Shown piece by piece: positions 56,291 to 64,000 of a stretch of 64,000 nt of DNA. The notes below the pieces were generated by a model that did not search any database, was not told where the DNA came from, and saw only the letters and a program-made list of their open reading frames with translations. The DNA comes from Naegleria gruberi. Lineage: Eukaryota. The position numbers and the translations under genes are program-made. Position 1 is the stretch's first letter. Each line of letters begins with the position of its first letter. The stretch is from assembly GCA_000004985.1 (NCBI GenBank), contig GG738925.1, one strand, 5' to 3'.

Positions 56291-57242
56291 ATGTTAATAG
56301 ATTACAAACAAGACAATGAAGGCTTTAAATTATCATCTTCGGAGGATATCAATTCAATATTAACAACATCACCTTCATCTACAACTACCACTAATACAAA
56401 TAATAATAATAATACAATTAATAATAATAGAATTGATTTTGCTAAACAATTTTCAATGAATGATTTCTTTGATAAAGAGAAGAGGCTTGAATTTTTAGAA
56501 TTAGCCTTTCATAGAGAGGGTTTATTTGCAACAAGTCATCGGATTGGATTAAATGAAAAATGTGGACTTACCTATGATGGTTAGTTTTTATATCAATATT
56601 GACTATTTGATGATGAATAATATTGTTTACAATGTATTTAATATTTAATAATATTTAATATAATATATTTAATAATAATATTTAAAAATAGGACATCAAA
56701 TTAATTTGGATAATTCATCAATACATGAACCACTTCATGATTTTTCATCACCTGCTAAAGAATCAATACATTTAAATATGATAACATTAGCCTTAGATGG
56801 TAATGAATTAGCTAGAAAATTCTTTTTATTACCTCTACTTTCTAAAAGTAATAATTTACTAAATATAGATAAATTGAATGAAAATGGAAAGAGACTATAT
56901 CAAGAAAATGAAAATATACTATTAATTGAATATTTAATTGATATTTTAGAAAAGAAATTTAAAAGTTATGAAGATTTTGATAGAAAATTTCCAGCCTTCG
57001 GATCAATGTTACCTTGGTTTAGAGTTAATGATGATGGTGCTGATAGAATGCCTGATTGGTTATTAAGAATTCCATCTTTAGATAATGGTCAATTTATATG
57101 GTCATTAATAGCACTTGAACATATTTTATTAAAAGTATTCAATAATAATAACAATACTACTACCAATAACAACAATACTACTAATAATAATACTACTAAT
57201 AATGGAAATTCTAATAATAGTATAATAATAATAATAATATAG
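56291..57242 (+). CDS. hypothetical protein with poly-N/T tracts, exons join(56291..56579,56692..57242)
   Basis: A 112-nt GTTAGT...AAAAATAG, AT-only intron joins two ORF-track pieces in frame (…LTYDG|HQINLDNSS…). The C-terminal N/T-rich tail is low complexity. Confidence 0.5.
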
Positions 57243-57307
57243 ATAATTGTAAATATTTTAAAAGTAGAGCAATTTCAATTGTAAAGAAAATTCAACAAAA
57301 AATTGAA

Positions 57308-58255
57308 ATGATTAAATCAACATCATTGATATTATTTTATCATGGTGATGGTAAAGTGAGAGCAATAAGTTATATTAAAGATATAAATGTAAATCCATTA
57401 TTAAATTATTCAAGAAATAATTATAAAGGAAATGGTAAATCATTTATTGATGATACCTATGAAGGTGAAATGATGGTCATGTTCATGTTATTATTTGGAA
57501 ATTGGAAAATATTGGGAATTGAAGTATCATCTAAATGTGAATGTGAAAAGATTTGGAAGTTTAAATCGAGGAGAATTAAAAAAGTAAATTACAAATCTAA
57601 AAATTATGGAGAAATAGCTGTTGAAGAGTGTTATTGGGCATCATCACATGAGAAATGGAAATATTTAATATTACCTTATATAGATTCTGATATAAATAGG
57701 AAAATATTTGAAAATGGAGAGAAGGTACGATTAATTAATTCAATAGAAAATTCAATTCCTGGTTTATTTGCAAGTGTTACAAAACCACATACTAAATATA
57801 ATCCAAAATATGCAAGTGAATGTGGAATACCTTCCATTTCAAGAGAGAAGGTAATTTATGAAAATATTGTAACTCCCTATGCATCATTTCCTACAATTTT
57901 AGCAAATTATGAAATTGGAATGATTTGGTATTGGAATATGTTAAATGCAAGTAGAATGCAAGGTATTTATGGAAGTACTGAATCAATTCACATAAATGGT
58001 AAAAAGATATGTCCTGTATTAACATGGGATTCAAAAATTACAACAATTGTAGCATTATGTGGAGGAATATTTAACTATACAAGAGAATATATGAAAAAAC
58101 ATAATGTTTACAATGAATTTATTCAATCAATAGATAGAGAATGGAGTAGAGTATTTTCATTAAATGATGAAGCAAGTCACATTTCATTTACTAATTTACT
58201 ACCTTCAAAATCAATACCTAAAATTAAACTTGAATTTGATTGGAAGAGTATTTAA
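57308..58255 (+). CDS. hypothetical protein (315 aa)
   Basis: ORF with aaaaaattgaaATG start and coding-like composition. Not recognised. Same strand as, and 65 nt downstream of, the previous gene. Confidence 0.5.
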   Translation: MIKSTSLILFYHGDGKVRAISYIKDINVNPLLNYSRNNYKGNGKSFIDDTYEGEMMVMFMLLFGNWKILGIEVSSKCECEKIWKFKSRRIKKVNYKSKNYGEIAVEECYWASSHEKWKYLILPYIDSDINRKIFENGEKVRLINSIENSIPGLFASVTKPHTKYNPKYASECGIPSISREKVIYENIVTPYASFPTILANYEIGMIWYWNMLNASRMQGIYGSTESIHINGKKICPVLTWDSKITTIVALCGGIFNYTREYMKKHNVYNEFIQSIDREWSRVFSLNDEASHISFTNLLPSKSIPKIKLEFDWKSI

Positions 58256-58306
58256 ATAAATAATTAATTTAATTTGAATTTATAATAATTTAATTTTTTA
58301 TTATTT

Positions 58307-61005
58307 TTAATTTTTAATAATTTTTAAAAATAAATTTTTTGCATATTTTGCAATAACATCTGGAACATCAATTGGTAAATCGTATGAACTTTCAATTAAA
58401 TCCCATTTAGCATTATAAAAAGAAGCCAAATCAGAATGTAATTTTTTAATAGCTTGTCCTCTACCTTCCTTCCACATGTTGAAATTATTACACATATTAC
58501 TACCCTCTGTAAAATGATTACTTTCACAATTACCATCTATTAAATTTTTAGCTGTTAAAATAATGGTTGGTATTTTCTTATATGATTCATCATCATCATC
58601 ATCGTCATCATTATTAACTAGAGTTGAATTGGATTGATTATTGATAATCATATTACCAGCAGTATTACCACCACTATTACCACTACTACTACTAGTAGTA
58701 TTATTATTTTGATTAATAGATGATTTAAATCTTAAATATTTAATTGATTCAGCAGTATCAGATTGAAAATGTTTTAATTCACTCCAAACACAACCAGTAT
58801 ACTTATTTTGAAAAATAACTTTTCTATTAATAGAAGTATTAGTTAAATTTAAAATATGATCAAAATAAGATTTCCATCCATTCATATAATATAATTCATA
58901 GGGATCTTCATATTCTAATAAAAATTCAAAATGAAAATATTTAAATAAACGTGGTAATGCAATTGGATTAACATATCTAATAACATCATCAATATAATCA
59001 CGTGTATCTTTTCTCAATTGAATATCATTATCTGTTAAATTTTTAACTTGTTTTAGTAAAATTAATTCTTGATCTTCATGTGATGGATGTAATAATATCA
59101 TTCCACTTAATAATTCTGGATATTCAGATGCTAATGCACGTGCTGTAAATGATGCACTTGAATGTGCAATATATAAAAATGGTGTTCTCATTCTACTTTC
59201 ATAAATGGTTGAAACAATTTCATTCAATGTATGATTACCATCACGTGGTAATGGTCCTGTATCACTAAATCCATATCCACCTCTCTCTAAAACACATGCT
59301 CTAATATTTTGTTTAGAGAGTGATCGTATCAGTGGTTTCATATATTCATAGGGTGATGGTATTCCAATATCTGCATCTAACAATGCAACATATGGACTTT
59401 TTAAATTACCCTCACAATACATGTGAATATTATATTGATGATGATCTATGGAAATGGAATATTTAATACCCGGTGGTTTTTCAATATCATTCACCAATGC
59501 TATAGCCTGTATGGTAAATAGTATCATCATGGTACCAATCATTGAAAAAGCCACCAATGAAATCAATTTTAAAAGCATTCCAATGGAGAAACACAGAAAA
59601 TTTCTAGCATTTAAATGAAAGAGTGAAATAATTTCACCATCAAAATCCATTGGTCTATCATTTTTAAAAACATTATACTGATTATAGGAAATTAAAATAA
59701 ATGATATTAATGGTACTAGACCATAACATGATATCCAACCTGCTAAATGATCTCTTGATTCTACAAATAAGGAATAACAAGTAAAATTAATTAAAAATAA
59801 AATTCCAAAAAATAAAAATACAACCATTCTATATACAAATATACTAAAATAAGAATCAATATTTACAATTTCTTTAGGTTTTTCTTTTTTTATCAATGTA
59901 TATATTCTTAATATAAAAACAGATGTAAATAATTCAAATATAATTACTAAAACAAGTAATAAATCTAATCCACTTATCCATAATAAGGTTGTTGGTGATC
60001 CATTTGTATAATAACCTGAATCATCTGATGAATTAACTGTTGATACTGTAAAAAATACAAATATAGATAATAAAAAAAATATTAATGAAAATATTGATGA
60101 TTTGTATAAAAAGGTTAATAATCTCTTTCTTAATTTCTTCTTTTCTTTTCCATCTCCTTTTTTAGGTTTTTCTAAATCAAAAAATACACTTTTTTAAAAT
60201 TATTAAATTAAAATTAATATTAAAAAATATTTAAATTATAATAAATATTAAAATATAAAATAAAAACTCACTTGCTTTCCATATTTTCATCATCACCTAC
60301 TAAATTAATAGATGGAAATAATTTAAAACTAGCCTTTTTAGTAATAGTATAACCAGGTGCAATAGCTGAAATAGAAGTTAAAGAAGCAGATTGTGTAATT
60401 TCACCAACTTTATGAGATCTAAAAAAGCTTCCATCAAAACTTTTCCTAGAAGATTGATTACTATCATCAAGTTTTCTAATATCAGATCTTCCTTCTCCCT
60501 TAACATTATATGAAGATGTAAATTGTTTTGAATAGTGAAATGTTTTTGATTGTTTTAGGCTTGGTTTTGTTATGAATTGAATAGGACTAGTAGAACCATT
60601 GGGTGAATGAATTAATCGTATATTATCATCATTAATACCACTACTATTATTACTATTATTATTATCATCATTGAAGGCTGAAATATTTACACCACTTTCA
60701 TCTATTGTTTTAGCTCCTATAATATCCATATCAGAACTATAGGATGAATGTGTTATTACTTTATGATTTTTTACATCTCCAAAATCACTTATAATTCCTC
60801 TCAGAGGTTCTTTACCATCATATTCATGAATAGGTGTTGGTGCTGATGGAAATTCATCATCATCATCATCAGAAAATGATACTCCATCATCATCCGATAA
60901 TGTATCTTGAAGTATGTGTTGATTAGAACCTCCTCCACTTTTATCAAAACGATCATATTGATTCTTCTTGTAGAGTGATGAAAATTTCTGTCGAAATGAT
61001 GGCAT
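58307..61005 (-). CDS. membrane-anchored alpha/beta-hydrolase-fold (lipase/esterase-like) protein with an S/D/N-rich N-terminal region. Exons: complement(join(58307..60188,60272..61005)).
   Basis: The downstream exon encodes ~5 TM helices, then a hydrolase-like region (…LYIAHSSASFTARALASEYPELLSGMILLHPSHED…), in a frame that stays open upstream to 60196 with no ATG. An 83-nt GTGAGT...AAAAAAG intron (100% A/T after the donor) joins it in phase to the ATG-initiated exon 60272..61005 (MPSFRQKF...). Confidence 0.6.
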
Positions 61006-61278
61006 TCAATATTCTATTGTTGTAATTGTTATTATTATTATGAAGATGAAGCTATTTTTTTTCTTCTTTCTGTTGTCTAATGATGCATTGTCCTTCTTCT
61101 ACTTTCGGGCTAATTAGAGTATCTCAAGTCGTACATTTAGGTATGTACCAAACAAGCCTTCAAAAAAATATCTGTACACTTATTAATAGATATTTTGGAG
61201 GGAAAACAAATGCTTTTGTTTCAAAGGCTGAAGAATGTTCACAAAACAAAGCCTTTTGTTGAATTCAAGTTTTAAAAA

Positions 61279-62238
61279 ATGTTTCTACCAAAACATCCAT
61301 CAAAGCCTTCAGTTACTTCCTCTTCTTCACTTGGAGTTGATCAACGACAAGGCTCTGTATCATCATCATCTTCAACAATTGTCTCACACCCTAAAAGGAG
61401 AATTACACCAACTCTTGTAGATCCCTCAACAGCTACAACAACTACCACATCGGGATTGACCACTCAACAACCAATAACATCATCGGAAGGATATTCTCAT
61501 AGTAATAGTAGTGGTAGTAGTAGTTTATTTAAAAATCTAAATGATGATGAAGAATCAATTAATAGTTCATCTGATGATGATGATTATGATGATTATAATG
61601 ATGAAGATGGACAATTAACAGATGGAGGAGAATATGAAGAATATGAAGAGGATAATGATGAAGAAATGATTCATAATATTAATGAATCCATTCAATTACA
61701 ACAACCTCCTTCATCAAAAAGAGTTAAAAGATCAACATCAACATCTTTATCATCTGGTCAAAAAAAACCAATCATAACCAGAATTATTGAAGAATATTCT
61801 GAAAATGAAATTCAACAAGATACTAACTTTTTAACAAATTATGATATATCAGCAATATTTTCATCATTATCATCTACTAAAAGAACCATATCATCTATTA
61901 ATTCTTCATCTATTAATAATTCTAATAATTCTAATAATTCTAATACATATTCATTCTATTATTTAAAAGATGATATAGTATTATATGAAATGAAAAATAG
62001 ATTACATTTTGGTAAATTAAATGAAACTGAAAAGTTTGAAAAGAAATTAACTAATGATATTATTAATAAATTAAATAATAGTATAGATTTAAATTTATAT
62101 CCACAAATAAGTAGAGGTGATATTAAAATTACACAAATTAAATTAAAAACAACGATTGAAATTATAACACCCATTGAAATTAATTGTTATTATTCATATA
62201 ATAATATTGAATATATTATTATTACAAAACGATTCTAA
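61279..62238 (+). CDS. S/N/D-rich hypothetical protein; 3' end runs into the assembly gap
   Basis: ORF with aaaaaATG start, poly-S, poly-D/E-Y and N-rich tracts. The ORF 62174..63223 spanning the N-run suggests the gene continues across the gap; the track reading frame across Ns is arbitrary. Confidence 0.4.
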   Translation: MFLPKHPSKPSVTSSSSLGVDQRQGSVSSSSSTIVSHPKRRITPTLVDPSTATTTTTSGLTTQQPITSSEGYSHSNSSGSSSLFKNLNDDEESINSSSDDDDYDDYNDEDGQLTDGGEYEEYEEDNDEEMIHNINESIQLQQPPSSKRVKRSTSTSLSSGQKKPIITRIIEEYSENEIQQDTNFLTNYDISAIFSSLSSTKRTISSINSSSINNSNNSNNSNTYSFYYLKDDIVLYEMKNRLHFGKLNETEKFEKKLTNDIINKLNNSIDLNLYPQISRGDIKITQIKLKTTIEIITPIEINCYYSYNNIEYIIITKRF

Positions 62239-62243
62239 TATAT

Positions 62244-62801
62244 NNNNNNNNNNNNNNNNNNNNNNNNNNNNNNNNNNNNNNNNNNNNNNNNNNNNNNNNN
62301 NNNNNNNNNNNNNNNNNNNNNNNNNNNNNNNNNNNNNNNNNNNNNNNNNNNNNNNNNNNNNNNNNNNNNNNNNNNNNNNNNNNNNNNNNNNNNNNNNNNN
62401 NNNNNNNNNNNNNNNNNNNNNNNNNNNNNNNNNNNNNNNNNNNNNNNNNNNNNNNNNNNNNNNNNNNNNNNNNNNNNNNNNNNNNNNNNNNNNNNNNNNN
62501 NNNNNNNNNNNNNNNNNNNNNNNNNNNNNNNNNNNNNNNNNNNNNNNNNNNNNNNNNNNNNNNNNNNNNNNNNNNNNNNNNNNNNNNNNNNNNNNNNNNN
62601 NNNNNNNNNNNNNNNNNNNNNNNNNNNNNNNNNNNNNNNNNNNNNNNNNNNNNNNNNNNNNNNNNNNNNNNNNNNNNNNNNNNNNNNNNNNNNNNNNNNN
62701 NNNNNNNNNNNNNNNNNNNNNNNNNNNNNNNNNNNNNNNNNNNNNNNNNNNNNNNNNNNNNNNNNNNNNNNNNNNNNNNNNNNNNNNNNNNNNNNNNNNN
62801 N
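62244..62801. other. assembly gap (558 N)
   Basis: Run of n characters. Confidence 1.
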
Positions 62802-63223
62802 TATTAACTTGTAAATATATTTATGTACATAATAATACATTTATTAAATATAGAAATAAATATTATGATATTATAAATGATAGAGATTTATTCATGGAAG
62901 ATGATGAAGATGATTCTGAATATTTTATTAAAATGGCAATTAGACAATTTTCAAATTATTATTTAATATGTACATTAACAAATAAGGGAATTGTTGATAT
63001 TTATAAATTTGATGATTCAATTAAACAAGAAAATGAAAAAATTTCATTAGAATTTAGATTTTCATTAAAAAAATTGAATTTTATAACTCAATATAAAAAT
63101 AATGAAAATAATTTTGAATGTGAATATTTAAATTTTATAAATTCACAAATAATAATTATTTGTTTAAAAAATGGTGATTTAATTAGATTTGAACCTATTT
63201 TATATTTTAATTATAATATTTAA
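62802..63223 (+). CDS. 3' coding fragment downstream of the gap (…KYIYVHNNTFIKYRNKYYDII…FEPILYFNYNI*), possibly the end of the 61279 gene
   Basis: Open frame from the gap edge to a TAA at 63221..63223. The frame relation across the gap is unknown. Confidence 0.3.
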
Positions 63224-63249
63224 TAAATAATATTCCAAATATAGTAATA

Positions 63250-63896
63250 TTATTTTAAAGCCATTGTTAAATAATCTGAAAAACTATTTTGATAAGTTTC
63301 ATAATATTCACTATAACTACATCTATCACAACTTAATGTAATAAACATTCTATTTTGTACATTAAATATTTGTGATAATAATCCACCTGATTCTCTTACT
63401 TGTCCTTTATGTAATTCTTTATATCCACATTTTTTCTATTATTTTTTTTTATATTTAAATAGTATTTATATTGTAAATAGTATTTAACAGTATTTAATAG
63501 TATTTATATTGTAATAATTATTTAATAAATAGTACTTACACATTTCTGATGATGTTGTTTTAATATTTCTTCTTGTTTGGGAAATATTTTGTTACTAGTA
63601 TTAGTAGATGAAGAATCAACAATTGATAATCCAATATTATTTAAAGTATTTAAAGTTAATTGTTTAAAATCATCCTTTTCCGATGTTAATGATGGTGTAT
63701 CTAATATTAATTTATTAATTATTGAATTATTTGATGATTGTGATGGTGATGATATTATTGTAGGTGATGATGAATTGTGATGTGTAATTGATTGTAAAAT
63801 ATTATTAATTCTACCCTTCCTAATTACATAAACCATCAATAATCTAAATAAATATAATATTACTCCTTTATTAACTAGTGTTGTTAATACTACCAT
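63250..63896 (-). CDS. small membrane protein with a C-terminal Cys4 zinc-ribbon. Exons: complement(join(63250..63435,63540..63896)).
   Basis: N-terminal TM (GVILYLFRLLMVYVI) and an S-rich linker. Exon 1 ends ...HHQKC|, then a 104-nt GTAAGT...AATAATAG intron, then KKCGYKELHKGQVRESGG...LSCDRCSYSEYYE. Splicing assembles CKKC...(36)...CDRC. Confidence 0.5.
63440..63530. repeat. short tandem AT-rich repeat (AGTATTTAAYAGTATTTATATTGTAAAT-like units) inside the intron of the preceding gene
   Basis: Direct repetition of 'atagtatttatattgtaaat' / 'agtatttaacagtatttaatagtatttatattgtaat'. Confidence 0.5.
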
Positions 63897-64000
63897 TTTT
63901 TTATTAGTTTATTAATTTTAATTGATTTGAATATCATCTAATGCATTTGAATGAATAGCAATTAAAGGAAGCACTTCAATTTATAATAATATTCATATTG

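Noticed and set aside
1-64000. Prokaryotic interpretation (operons, CRISPR, phage or mobile-element systems)
   Set aside because: ORFs are interrupted by canonical GT…AG spliceosomal introns that restore conserved eukaryotic protein motifs, and gene content is eukaryotic (SNARE, COG1, prohibitin, UCH, Rab, F-box, PHD). No repeat-spacer arrays, inverted-repeat-bounded elements, integrases or transposases were seen.
1-64000. tRNA / rRNA genes
   Set aside because: No cloverleaf-compatible GC-rich ~72-nt segments or rRNA-like conserved blocks were recognised by eye. A tRNAscan/Infernal run would be needed to be certain.

Overview
This window is a gene-dense, AT-rich eukaryotic nuclear segment. 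The standard genetic code applies (TAA/TAG/TGA are stops) and ORFs run up to about 1500 aa. Codon usage (GGT, AGA, CAA, TTA), AAAAATG start contexts, coding poly-Asn/Ser/Asp tracts and the gene families present (F-box, Kelch, BTB, RCC1, LRR) are most consistent with an amoebozoan or dictyostelid-like protist, though not as AT-extreme as D. discoideum. Reading the sequence gives about 38 protein-coding genes on both strands. Many carry short GTAAGT/GTATGT...AG introns, typically 41-85 nt and up to about 160 nt, several with a TACTAAC-like branch site. Products recognised by motif include: ubiquitin C-terminal hydrolase (UCH-L3-like, 3 exons including a 7-nt first exon); prohibitin-2; a Ser/Thr protein kinase; a TPR protein; a TLC-domain membrane protein; COG1 (5 exons); a PHD-finger protein; a SNARE; a class-I SAM methyltransferase; an AcpA/PLC-family phosphoesterase (3 exons); a PAP2/vanadium-haloperoxidase-like secreted protein; an NHL-repeat secreted protein (3 exons); a Kelch protein (2 exons); an RCC1+BTB protein (4 exons); and F-box/LRR proteins. 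There is a 558-nt assembly gap at 62244-62801. No rRNA, tRNA, CRISPR or obvious transposon was found. The points of most interest are: an F-box–Rab-like GTPase fusion inside a tandem cluster of F-box-like genes; a TLDc gene with an in-frame TAA; two F-box/LRR genes with frame breaks; bacterial-type secreted phosphoesterase and haloperoxidase-like genes; a 1487-aa multi-TM surface glycoprotein; and an alpha/beta-hydrolase gene whose ATG-less TM exon is rescued only by splicing. The ORF track marks alternative (TTG/GTG) starts as M, so several true starts were re-placed on the nearest ATG in an A-rich context.
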